From: a virus
Virus record (IMG/VR): IMGVR_UViG_3300030099_006533
Strand: one strand, 5' to 3'
DNA: 64,000 bases
Shown here: positions 39,574-48,986 of the stretch, piece after piece
Layout: every line of letters begins with the position of its first letter
How positions within the stretch are numbered: the stretch's first letter is position 1
Notes under the pieces: model-generated
The model's database searches: none
The model's input: only the letters and a program-made list of their open reading frames with translations
What the model was told of the DNA's origin: nothing
Made by a program: the position numbers and the translations under genes

Positions 39574-39875
39574 TGTTACACTATTATCATGTTTACGCCA
39601 AGGCTGCATGCCCATGGTGCGTCAAGGCAATTAATATGCTACACGACTCAGGCCATGAGTTCGTGCTGACTCTGGTAGACAATTCCCCAGAGTTTTATCA
39701 TACTGTAAAAAAGAAGTATGATTGGCAAACCGTACCGATGATCGTTGAAAACGATATTACAGGCAACGAGAAGTTCATCGGCGGATACACAGACCTAGAA
39801 GAATATTTTTCAGAGAATTTACAAGATGCTGAGACAGTTCAAGAGAACGAAAACACCGCTGACTTATCCGAATGA
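39573..39875 (+). CDS. Glutaredoxin
   Basis: CPWC, QTVPMI, FIGGYTDL. Confidence 0.9.
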   Translation: MLHYYHVYAKAACPWCVKAINMLHDSGHEFVLTLVDNSPEFYHTVKKKYDWQTVPMIVENDITGNEKFIGGYTDLEEYFSENLQDAETVQENENTADLSE

Positions 39876-40599
39876 TAGGCCTCTGTCGGTCTCTCTGTTG
39901 GAGTCAACATTACCAGAAGGGGTAAACAAGATTGTTACTCCTTTTTTAGGTGGTGGTTCGGTACAGATCGGATTAGCTGAGAAGAACTATGATGTGACCG
40001 CGTATACGGAGTATCGTCTTCTGTATGACTTCTGGGAATGTATAATGAGAGACCCAGCAAAGATATACCACATGGCAAAGGCTTTTCATCCGATTGAGGA
40101 TAATAGAACCTTCACCATGTTACAGAAAAAGGTTTATGATCCACACGATGAGTTTCTACGCTCGGCGCTTTTTTATGTTTTAAACCTTTGTTCGCAAGAC
40201 GGCGCCACTACTTCGGGCGAGATGGAATTGGGGACGCCAAGATTTACAAAGTTACGACTTGATAGCATGGCGAATTTTAAAGCAAAGCCTTTTAAGCTGC
40301 AACTAGATAACTATAAAGAAGCACTCAACACAACAGACTATCTCGTATGTGAGATGCCGGATTATATCCCGCCTATGATTCTGGGCGCGGTCGTCATTCC
40401 CGAGAAGCCTCAGATCAGTCATAAGAAATTCAGAAAGTTGATTGAGCAAAGTCCATGTTCTGGTTTTTCTTTACTTTATAAATACTGCGAAGAGGTCATG
40501 GACCTGTATAATGGTTATGATATTACTCTATTAAATGAAGGGTACAGGCCCGTAAAGAACGTAAAGTCAGCGACCGAGGTTTTGATTCGTGGATCTTAA
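39826..40599 (+). CDS. Dam (D12-class) methyltransferase-like protein, catalytic motif degenerate
   Basis: IVTPFLGGGSV and ALFYVLN blocks present; DPPY replaced by EMPDY. Confidence 0.6.
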   Translation: MLRQFKRTKTPLTYPNDRPLSVSLLESTLPEGVNKIVTPFLGGGSVQIGLAEKNYDVTAYTEYRLLYDFWECIMRDPAKIYHMAKAFHPIEDNRTFTMLQKKVYDPHDEFLRSALFYVLNLCSQDGATTSGEMELGTPRFTKLRLDSMANFKAKPFKLQLDNYKEALNTTDYLVCEMPDYIPPMILGAVVIPEKPQISHKKFRKLIEQSPCSGFSLLYKYCEEVMDLYNGYDITLLNEGYRPVKNVKSATEVLIRGS

Positions 40600-40936
40600 G
40601 CTAATATATGGAATGCTGTTGTTCATCGCAGGCCACACGTTGGCTTGGTTTCAGCTTAATTCACAGTTTGTGTGGGATTGGTGGAGGGAACACCCGATTC
40701 TCACCATAGCAATTTATTCAATACCTGTTGGTTTGTGCTTTCTATATGGCACCAAGCTCGTAGTTGGGTCAACAGGTGCCCTGTGGACTTCTAGGTTTAT
40801 TGCTTTTGCGGCCAGTTATTTTACGTTCCCCTTATTTACATGGTGGTTCATGAATGAGTCTCCATTCACCGCAAAGACTATTATCTGTAGCCTGTTGGCT
40901 TTTCTAATAATTATCATCCAAGTCGCGTGGCGTTAG
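40589..40936 (+). CDS. Small multi-pass membrane protein
   Basis: Four hydrophobic segments. Confidence 0.6.
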   Translation: MDLKLIYGMLLFIAGHTLAWFQLNSQFVWDWWREHPILTIAIYSIPVGLCFLYGTKLVVGSTGALWTSRFIAFAASYFTFPLFTWWFMNESPFTAKTIICSLLAFLIIIIQVAWR

Positions 40937-40948
40937 TTTAGAGGCTGT

Positions 40949-40958
40949 ACTATTTATA
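40949..40958 (+). promoter_or_regulatory. Candidate late-promoter motif ACTATTTATA
   Basis: Identical to 26465 and 32750. Confidence 0.45.
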
Positions 40959-40986
40959 AATGCACAAATCGCACTGGAGCCTATTA

Positions 40987-43900
40987 ATGAACAAGAGCAT
41001 GAAACGAATCCTCGCAGAGTTTCGCGAGTACAGTCAAAAAGTAAACTCTCTAGGAAAAGTCATCGAGGCTAGGCATGCTAGACAAAGACGGCTTCAAGAA
41101 GATCGGGAGATCTTTAATGAGATTTCAAGGTCGTCCGCCGAAAACATTTACAACTGGATGAGTGACACTAGTGGCATGCCGTATGATTTTGAGGATCTGT
41201 TCGACGGCGCCATGCGAGTTCAGATTCCCCTTGCGTCGGAGGAGAGTCGCAACCTAGCTAAATTAGCAGCGGAGTTGTCTGACGCGGGGTGGGAGATTCC
41301 TCGCCCCGAAGGTATGTTCCCTGGTGTGCCCCCGCGCAGGTTTCCTGTAAAGAAGGTAAAGCAGAAGCTGCAGCGTCTTGCTGCAGATGGCGGCGGCGAG
41401 TATGAAATTGAAGTTGATGTTGCTGATCTGAGGCTTCTTAGAACAACGCAAAAGGTTATTCCTGCCGGCCCTCGCAAAGGTGAGACTATCGATAAGAAGG
41501 AAGACACCACAATGTCTAAGGCCATCGCTCGTCTGGCTAAGTCTGGAAAGATCGGCACAGACTTGTTAGACTGGTGGCAGAACAATCAAAACATCTACAC
41601 TCGCGATGGCAACCAGAAGATGATTGAAAAGGCCTTTGAGGGTGACGAGTCTACTGACTACTCTATTGTTATTTCGCGCCATCCCATCGATGTGCTCCGC
41701 ATGTCCGATATTAGTAGCATCCAATCCTGCCACTCAGAAGGTAGTGAGTATTTCCATTGCGCCATCGCAGAAGCGAAAGGCCACGGCCCCATCGCCTATC
41801 TTGTAAACTCAGAGGAGTTGGAAAACCATCTGATGGAAGAGGCAGAGGACTTAGATCCGACGCAGATTCTTGGCAGGGCGATGAACAGCTTGGACCGTGA
41901 TGAGTTCCGTGAGAAGATGGCGAAGGAGTTCGATCTAGAGACTCCCGCAGGCCGATGGGTTTACATTGAAACATGGGCTGAGACTCGTGATGGTGACAAG
42001 TGGCTTAAAGAGCTACAGCAGCGCATTGATGTGTCTTCCCACCCAGAGAAGTTCAAGGGCCAGTTTATGAACGCCAAAGCTAAACAGCTAGGTGTTCCGC
42101 TGGAGGAATTAGCCTTCTATTACCGCGTATGGCTAAAGGGCGATATTGAAACGCGCCCCATCCCTGTCAAGGACGCAGAGTACAAGAAAGCACGAAAAGC
42201 AGTCTACGGTCGCAAAGACGCCCCGGCAAACATCAACCCCATCTCGGACTATGACGATCAAGAGTTGTTCCGTGACAGAGATAGAGGCATCAAAGGCATT
42301 GGTGCAGAAGCTCGCCTCCGTCTTCGTAAGTTTGAAGAGCCGATGCGCTTTGGCACTTTTGCAGTGCCAGAGTTTCGTATGTATGGCAGGCACGTTCCCG
42401 GCTTTAAGGATGCCGTGCGGAAGTGGGCCGCCGAAGGTCAGCGCGAACAGTTCGTTGGAGACGACGGCGAGTTGTCATATCCTAGGTTTGAGGATCTCAC
42501 TCGCCGCGGAGGCTCTTATGAAGATAACAAAGACGGCGCCATCCTCAATAAGTTTCTAGAAGAGATGTATGGCCCCGATACAGACTTTGAAGGCCCATAC
42601 GATGACTATAGGAACGCATCAAAAGACTACGAGGACGAAGAGGATGCAATCGCTGATGCGAATGAGCGCCTGTACGAGGAGTACTCAGAAGCAGTTGAGG
42701 AACTTAACAGGTATGCAGCCCAAACGTTAGAGCACTTTAGCGCAGATGCATCAGTTGATTTTTATGACGAGGAAGCTCCCCCGGTGGTCTATGGCGGTGG
42801 TAGTCTGCGATACATCATTCCACTTGACTGGAAGGGCATGCAAGAACTCGAAGATATATATGTCCCGGGAGATTACGATCTGGATGCTGACCCCTACGCT
42901 GAGGAAGCAGGACAGTACATTCCGAAGTCATATGGTGGTAACTACGCCAACAGAAGATCTTTTGAAGACGCACTGGAAGAACCAGTGGACTACTACCCGG
43001 AAGAGACCGAATGGGAACTGATCGAGAACAACGATGGCTCTGTGGAGTTACAGGTTACACACCTTTTAAGGCAGGAAGAGGGATCGGATCCAGATGACTT
43101 TGAAAGCTTTATTGATTATATCAAAGAGCTTGACGACAATTATCGCGCCCTTAAAGAAAAGATCCGACGTAGCTTGGTAGAGAACGAGTTCATCGGTCCA
43201 AGCGACTGGGACAACCTAGAAGATGACTTCTCCGAGATGGAGGAGACATTAGAGAACTGGAAAGTTTACGGACTTGGCGACGACGACGGCGAGGTCTGGT
43301 TCAGACTTCAGCCCGATGGCAGCAGCAGCGCATTTATGAAAAGCGGAATCAAGTGGCCCTACTCAGCAGGTAGCAGATATTCCGATACTGAATCTCTTAG
43401 GGGTCTGTTTGGCGGCAGGCAGCAGTCCATTGGCCTACAACGATACATTTCTTTCGCACCCGTTCCGCACAGTACGGGCGCCAGAGGGTATGGCACCCCA
43501 GCCGGCGCAGTTCTCTTCAAGCGAGCGTTTAATAAACTTCAGGCAGCTGCCAACGATTATGCACAGCGTCAGCTATCGCTGGACTTCGGACCAGAGTATG
43601 AGAAGAAGTTCACACCCATTGAGTTTGGGAAGAATGTTAACTTGGGCCTTGCACTTATCGATGGACAAGAAGAGCTTCAATTAGAGGTTGGCTTTTACAT
43701 GAATGTTACAGTCAACTCAGACGACAACTCAGAAGTCATTGAACAAACCTTCAACTTTGTAAAGTTCCTAGATGCAAACATGGGAATGCTAAAGAAAACA
43801 GTAATGGAGGCTTTCACCGATAGAGTCCTTGGCTTCAAAGAAGAGAACGATGCCGCCGCACGCAGACTGTCCGATGGTACAGCACTGAGCAGAAACCTGA

Positions 43901-45192
43901 GAGGACTCAGGCTTAGCTGGGAAGATGCGGCAGATGAAGGCAGAGAGATGGGAGTGGCAGTTATGAAGGTTGTGATGTGGGCAGAACAAAACTTCAGCAA
44001 GATGCAAAGTGCATCAGAGAGGATTGCAATCACACAGGTGACTCGCAAGATTCATGCCGGCCGTGATGGTTATCATGTGGCCATGGCAGTTTGGGATGAA
44101 GGCAAAGCTCTTCCGCATGATTGGGACAACGAAGTAAAACAGGTCATGGTACAGCAGGGAGCGACGTTCACCCAGAAGCAAAAATACAACAGCAGCTACC
44201 TTGCAGGCGAACCAGAGGGGACCACATACTCTCAGGACTTCAGCGACGGACAGCCAGTCAATGAGCCCGAGGCAGCCTTACGAGGCACAATAGGTGAGCC
44301 ACGCCCTGCCGGCGGTGGCTGGCAAAACGAGGTCCAGTTGAAAGAAGAGATTTACAAGAGACTACAGAAGAAGATTCTGAAGAAGAAAGTAAAGGCTCAT
44401 TTGGTTGAGAAGCTACAAAATCAGAAAGAACTTCAAAAGAATCAGGTTCGCGAACTAGTCAAAAGTAAACTTCTAGAATTGGACATTGGCTACACGCAGC
44501 GAACATACAAACTAAATATGCGAATTGCTATGGCTAAGGAGCACGGCGGCAAGCGCGACGAGACTGAAAACGAGATCCGCGGAGTCGAAGGCGTCACAAC
44601 TGTGAAGATTATTGCAGGTACCACACGACAGGATGCCGCCAACTATTACGCCGATTGCATGATAAAGTGGATACTTCTAGGCCAGCAGTCTGTAACGCAG
44701 TATATTAAGGGCACACTCATGCCTTATCTGAATAAGATCGAGGGTTTGTCGATTCTCCGCGTTGATCAGTGGGAAGAACTCAAGGGGCTTAGAGAGTACA
44801 TCAGTATTCCTGGCGACGTTGGTAACGATAGGATTAGTCCGACACCATCTATCGATCAGATTGCACAAAGTTGGGCCGCCTCTGGTGACGAACGAGCTAC
44901 GCAAGCCATGGCCCACGATCTGGCTCAACAGGTGAGGCAAGTAACAATGATTCCCGTTGCTGAGTTAATGCAATACTTGGGCAGTGCAGGCAACATGTTC
45001 AGCGGAACTAAAAACGAATTTGACGACTTAAAACAAAAGTTTATTAGCGGGTATCATGTTGAGCCAATTATGGTCGCCATCGGCAAAAACGGCCGCGTAA
45101 AGGTTGTCAATGGTGATGATACAATTTTAGTAGCAAAAGACTTGGGGCTTGAGGAGTTGCCAACCGTCTTCAGCTTACAGCTTCAAGTTTAA
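40987..45192 (+). CDS. Giant acidic protein (~1400 aa), probable virion protein, with C-terminal ParB-like domain
   Basis: Follows late motif; C-terminal EPIMVAIGKNGRVKVVNGDD..AKDLGLEELP. Confidence 0.45.
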   Translation: MNKSMKRILAEFREYSQKVNSLGKVIEARHARQRRLQEDREIFNEISRSSAENIYNWMSDTSGMPYDFEDLFDGAMRVQIPLASEESRNLAKLAAELSDAGWEIPRPEGMFPGVPPRRFPVKKVKQKLQRLAADGGGEYEIEVDVADLRLLRTTQKVIPAGPRKGETIDKKEDTTMSKAIARLAKSGKIGTDLLDWWQNNQNIYTRDGNQKMIEKAFEGDESTDYSIVISRHPIDVLRMSDISSIQSCHSEGSEYFHCAIAEAKGHGPIAYLVNSEELENHLMEEAEDLDPTQILGRAMNSLDRDEFREKMAKEFDLETPAGRWVYIETWAETRDGDKWLKELQQRIDVSSHPEKFKGQFMNAKAKQLGVPLEELAFYYRVWLKGDIETRPIPVKDAEYKKARKAVYGRKDAPANINPISDYDDQELFRDRDRGIKGIGAEARLRLRKFEEPMRFGTFAVPEFRMYGRHVPGFKDAVRKWAAEGQREQFVGDDGELSYPRFEDLTRRGGSYEDNKDGAILNKFLEEMYGPDTDFEGPYDDYRNASKDYEDEEDAIADANERLYEEYSEAVEELNRYAAQTLEHFSADASVDFYDEEAPPVVYGGGSLRYIIPLDWKGMQELEDIYVPGDYDLDADPYAEEAGQYIPKSYGGNYANRRSFEDALEEPVDYYPEETEWELIENNDGSVELQVTHLLRQEEGSDPDDFESFIDYIKELDDNYRALKEKIRRSLVENEFIGPSDWDNLEDDFSEMEETLENWKVYGLGDDDGEVWFRLQPDGSSSAFMKSGIKWPYSAGSRYSDTESLRGLFGGRQQSIGLQRYISFAPVPHSTGARGYGTPAGAVLFKRAFNKLQAAANDYAQRQLSLDFGPEYEKKFTPIEFGKNVNLGLALIDGQEELQLEVGFYMNVTVNSDDNSEVIEQTFNFVKFLDANMGMLKKTVMEAFTDRVLGFKEENDAAARRLSDGTALSRNLRGLRLSWEDAADEGREMGVAVMKVVMWAEQNFSKMQSASERIAITQVTRKIHAGRDGYHVAMAVWDEGKALPHDWDNEVKQVMVQQGATFTQKQKYNSSYLAGEPEGTTYSQDFSDGQPVNEPEAALRGTIGEPRPAGGGWQNEVQLKEEIYKRLQKKILKKKVKAHLVEKLQNQKELQKNQVRELVKSKLLELDIGYTQRTYKLNMRIAMAKEHGGKRDETENEIRGVEGVTTVKIIAGTTRQDAANYYADCMIKWILLGQQSVTQYIKGTLMPYLNKIEGLSILRVDQWEELKGLREYISIPGDVGNDRISPTPSIDQIAQSWAASGDERATQAMAHDLAQQVRQVTMIPVAELMQYLGSAGNMFSGTKNEFDDLKQKFISGYHVEPIMVAIGKNGRVKVVNGDDTILVAKDLGLEELPTVFSLQLQV

Positions 45193-45272
45193 CTTTTTTT
45201 GTTCTCCATCTTCTAAAACCGTTTGTACCTTATAGTTAATATTGGGTATAAGAGGCTTTTGTCTCGTTTGGT

Positions 45273-46070
45273 GTGAAGGGGAGGACCGTTTTGAAATACA
45301 TTAAATATCTGCTTGGAGCCGCACTTATGTGTGCTGTCGTTGGGGTATTGGTGCCCGCGACACAAGTTCGCTCACAAGCCATTGGCACTGCGCTAACTGA
45401 TTCCGCAGAAGTCATCCAAAATGAAATCAGTGAAAGACTAGAATTAAGCGAGATTGGTGCGACAGAGCATGTTGCCGTCCGCGAGGACGCGCGCAAGGCA
45501 GCTGTAAGGGTTATCACCCCGTCTGGGCGCGGCTCTGGGACCTACTTTAAAATCGGTGGATATCACGTTGTAGTAACCGCCCAGCATGTCGTTGACGACA
45601 ATCCTGTTGTAATCATTGAAGGTCGCAACGGCGAAACTGTTTATGGCGAGCCGATTCTTCGCGGCATCGACACAGACGTCGCCGTCGTATTGATCCCAGA
45701 GATGAACAGTAGAGAGCCGCTGAAGTATAGAACGATGCCTGCTCCCAGAAATCCTGACAGGATGGTCGGCAGAAGAGTAACCTATACAGGATTCCCTGCC
45801 AGTCACGACTTGATGACGATTGATGGTCAGATCGCCGGATATGAGAACGGCCATGTTATTATTCATTCATACGGCTGGCCCGGGTCGAGCGGTTCCGGTG
45901 TTTTCGACATGCGTGGTCGACTCATCGGTGTCGTTAGTGCAGTTGATGTTGGTCGCTGGAACTGGATGATCCCACCTCAGTTGGTAGAAGACATTGTGTG
46001 GGTAGCCCCAGTGTGGGATATTAAACAAGCTGACATCACCGCCTACCTACGGGCAAGGGGGGAACGATGA
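45273..46070 (+). CDS. Trypsin-like serine protease with N-terminal signal/TM
   Basis: GSGT, TAQHVV (His), TDVAV (Asp), PGSSGSGV (Ser). Confidence 0.85.
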   Translation: MKGRTVLKYIKYLLGAALMCAVVGVLVPATQVRSQAIGTALTDSAEVIQNEISERLELSEIGATEHVAVREDARKAAVRVITPSGRGSGTYFKIGGYHVVVTAQHVVDDNPVVIIEGRNGETVYGEPILRGIDTDVAVVLIPEMNSREPLKYRTMPAPRNPDRMVGRRVTYTGFPASHDLMTIDGQIAGYENGHVIIHSYGWPGSSGSGVFDMRGRLIGVVSAVDVGRWNWMIPPQLVEDIVWVAPVWDIKQADITAYLRARGER

Positions 46071-47081
46071 ATGAACACTTTAGCCAAACTGTTTATGCTT
46101 GTGACCCTTGCGGTGACAGGCTGCTCTGACTATACAATCATGTCCGCACACGGCCCAACTGAGACCGTGTACGTCGAGGTACCCGGAGAGACAGAGTATG
46201 TTGAAGTTCCCGGTGAAACAGAGTACGGAGAGATCTGGGTCGACCACTTCGTCCAACCTCTTAGTGTCGATGGGGTAGATATCCTGTGGGTAATTGACAC
46301 CTCTGGTTCTATGGGCGTGTATCAAGACGAGCTTCTCGCTGGTATCGAAGCCATGATGCTAGCTCTGCCTCCGTCTGGTTGGCGCTTAGCTATGATGAGT
46401 AACGACCCGTTAGCAGCTTCAACGGAGGCTCAGTTTCCCCTAGTGCCCGGTGATGATATCGAAGACGCCATTGGTATGCTCAATGCAATGAACACTGGCC
46501 ATCTCGAAGAGGGCTTTGACGCGACTTACGAATACATGGTTAACAACCCCTACGCCGCAACATGGATGCGCTCCGACGCCGCGCTGCTCGTTGTTTATGT
46601 ATCTGATGAAGAAGAACAGAGTGACGATCACTTCCCGGTAGTGGATGACTTCTTGGTCTGGTACGGCAGTCAGCGAAACGGATCCGCGTTTCTGTCCAGC
46701 ATTGTGAATGTAGAGCAGGCCGATTCAGTTTGCCCGTCCGCCCCGAGCCTGATAAATATTGGCGATAGATACATGGAAGCTACTAATTATTTTGGTGGAG
46801 TAATTGTTGACATTTGTTCTGAAGACTGGTCCCCAGGTGTGACCGATGCGTCAGCACAGATCGAGCCCCATGAGTCATGGGAGCTTACTCATGTGCCGAC
46901 TCATGTTGACACGATTAGAGTATTTTGGGATGGTGTTCCAAACTGGGACTGGTATTACGAGCCGAGCGACAACACTGTACAGTTCACGGTGGTGCCCGAT
47001 GGTAATGTTTTAGTTGAGATGGGTTATCACTACGAGCCCCCTGAAGAGGACGAAGACACTGGAGATACTGAGGCCCCTTGA
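46071..47081 (+). CDS. vWA-domain lipoprotein
   Basis: Lipobox VTGC; MIDAS DTSGS (VDILWVIDTSGSM); VSDEEEQS; (T/E)YVEVPGE repeats. Confidence 0.8.
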   Translation: MNTLAKLFMLVTLAVTGCSDYTIMSAHGPTETVYVEVPGETEYVEVPGETEYGEIWVDHFVQPLSVDGVDILWVIDTSGSMGVYQDELLAGIEAMMLALPPSGWRLAMMSNDPLAASTEAQFPLVPGDDIEDAIGMLNAMNTGHLEEGFDATYEYMVNNPYAATWMRSDAALLVVYVSDEEEQSDDHFPVVDDFLVWYGSQRNGSAFLSSIVNVEQADSVCPSAPSLINIGDRYMEATNYFGGVIVDICSEDWSPGVTDASAQIEPHESWELTHVPTHVDTIRVFWDGVPNWDWYYEPSDNTVQFTVVPDGNVLVEMGYHYEPPEEDEDTGDTEAP

Positions 47082-47097
47082 AAATTAGGAGTGCAAA

Positions 47098-47394
47098 ATG
47101 ACGGGAATTCTGTTATATTCATTAGTAGCAGCCTGTTTGGCAACTATCTTTCCAACAGTTTATATTGCCATAGCCCGACGTCGCCACGACCGGGCCATGC
47201 AAAAAAGACTAGAAGAGTATGCGCGCCAAACAGAACTACGTCTTAAATTTGACGCTATCCGACGAGAACAAGGTAATTGTACAAATGTAATCAATGTTGA
47301 TTTTGTTGACCACGCCCCGGAAGAAGATGACGTAATGGGCTGGAAACTGGTATATAACAAAGAGTTAGGGGTATACCAGAAGGTTCGTCGGTGA
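47098..47394 (+). CDS. Membrane-anchored hypothetical protein
   Basis: N-terminal TM; SD AGGAG. Confidence 0.55.
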   Translation: MTGILLYSLVAACLATIFPTVYIAIARRRHDRAMQKRLEEYARQTELRLKFDAIRREQGNCTNVINVDFVDHAPEEDDVMGWKLVYNKELGVYQKVRR

Positions 47395-47441
47395 CATAAC
47401 CTACAAAAGAAACTAGTTATTCTACACAGCGAGGTATAATT

Positions 47442-47663
47442 GTGTTAAAATGGATCAAGAACAGTTTTGATAATGGCCGAATTCAGAGATTAGAAGCCGA
47501 GGTGGCAGACCTGCGCCGCGAGCAAAAGGTGCTTCGTGATCAGAATGAGGCAATGGTTGAATGTGTAGAAAACATCAGCAAATACGAAAAACAGCTGGTC
47601 GAAGCGGTTGAGAGCCTAACGAAAGACTTGAGCGCCGCTGTTAAAGAAATGACAGGAGAATAG
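47442..47663 (+). CDS. Small coiled-coil protein
   Basis: Heptad pattern; SD GAGG. Confidence 0.5.
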   Translation: MLKWIKNSFDNGRIQRLEAEVADLRREQKVLRDQNEAMVECVENISKYEKQLVEAVESLTKDLSAAVKEMTGE

Positions 47664-47664
47664 A

Positions 47665-48039
47665 ATGTCAGACGAGAATACCGAGAATGATTCTAACGAG
47701 TCAGCGACAGAAATTGCAACAGATCCAGAGGATCTAAAACCAAAGAAGCCCTCCAATAGAGCACCAGAAGGAATTAGAACTTTCACTGTGTGTCGGCAAA
47801 ACGACGAGACGGGGATTTCTGGTGAGGGTGTCGTTATTGAAGGAGTAACCTTTGCGACTGGTCATACAGTAATTCACTGGCTCACCCCGGCCCCGCGAGG
47901 CTCAATCGCATTCTTTGATGCATTCGATGATTTCATCAAGATTCATGTGACCAGCCACCCAACCAACAATACAATCATAACCTTTGAAGACGGTGAACAA
48001 AAACTGTATGAAGGCAAAGGAGAATTAAATGGCTTATAA
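47665..48039 (+). CDS. Hypothetical phage protein
   Basis: RTFTVCRQNDETGISGEGVVIEGVTF..W. Confidence 0.55.
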   Translation: MSDENTENDSNESATEIATDPEDLKPKKPSNRAPEGIRTFTVCRQNDETGISGEGVVIEGVTFATGHTVIHWLTPAPRGSIAFFDAFDDFIKIHVTSHPTNNTIITFEDGEQKLYEGKGELNGL

Positions 48040-48979
48040 ATTTAGACTAGGTTCAGCCTCGTTGTCGGGCTCGATGACAACAGATGACATTATGTTTGTG
48101 GAAGACACAGACACGGGAATTAACTTCGCATCAGATACGATCAAGCTGGAGACTGATGGCACCGCGCGCTTAGAGGTGTCTAACTCAGGCCTGAAGGCGC
48201 TGACAAACATAGTTGTAGACACCAACTCTGAGCCCGCTATAGAATTCAAAGAGGGCGGCGCAAGCCGTGCTCAAATTTCCGTCAATGATTCTGACAATCT
48301 TGTTATCCACAATCAAACTATTAATAAGCATATTGTTCTAAAATGCAACGATGCAGGTCAAACAAGAGAAGGTATACGGTTAGATGGCTCTGTCCCAGAG
48401 GTGGTAGTTAATCAACAATCTGACTCGCTGGTAGACTTCAGAGTTGAATCGGACAACAACACGCACATGTTGTTTGTCGATGGTGGGAATGATAAAGTAG
48501 GAATCAACACAAGCCAGCCTGATTATGCACTTCATGTAGCAGGCGACATTGGAGTCGATGAGCACATCTATCACAACGGAGATGCCGATACCTTCGTACA
48601 ATTCGCCAATGATAAAATAATTCTCAAGTCCGGCGGTAGAGCGATGATTACTGCTGAGATCAACAACGTGCAGCCCCATGAGGTTACTATTAACGACGGC
48701 AGCAACAATGTTGACTTTGTTGTTAAAGGCAATGGATCTGGGGCCGGAAACCCCGGAATGAAGTTTGATGCCTCTACAAATAGACTAGGCATCAACGGGG
48801 TCGGCTCACCTGAAGTCGCTCTCGACGTCGGCTCAGATGCAATCCGAATAAGAAACAGTAGCACCCCATCAAGCGCCAGCGACTTTGGCTTCCCGGGCGA
48901 GATTAGGTGGGATGCAAATTATATCTATGTGTGTGTCGCAACTGACACTTGGAAGAGAGTGGCACTATCCACTTGGTAA
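48029..48979 (+). CDS. Tail-fibre-like beta-rich structural protein
   Basis: DFRVES..VDGGNDKVGINT, NRLGING, C-terminal GEIRWDANYIYVCVATDTWKRVALSTW. Confidence 0.55.
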   Translation: MAYKFRLGSASLSGSMTTDDIMFVEDTDTGINFASDTIKLETDGTARLEVSNSGLKALTNIVVDTNSEPAIEFKEGGASRAQISVNDSDNLVIHNQTINKHIVLKCNDAGQTREGIRLDGSVPEVVVNQQSDSLVDFRVESDNNTHMLFVDGGNDKVGINTSQPDYALHVAGDIGVDEHIYHNGDADTFVQFANDKIILKSGGRAMITAEINNVQPHEVTINDGSNNVDFVVKGNGSGAGNPGMKFDASTNRLGINGVGSPEVALDVGSDAIRIRNSSTPSSASDFGFPGEIRWDANYIYVCVATDTWKRVALSTW

Positions 48980-48986
48980 ACTAATT

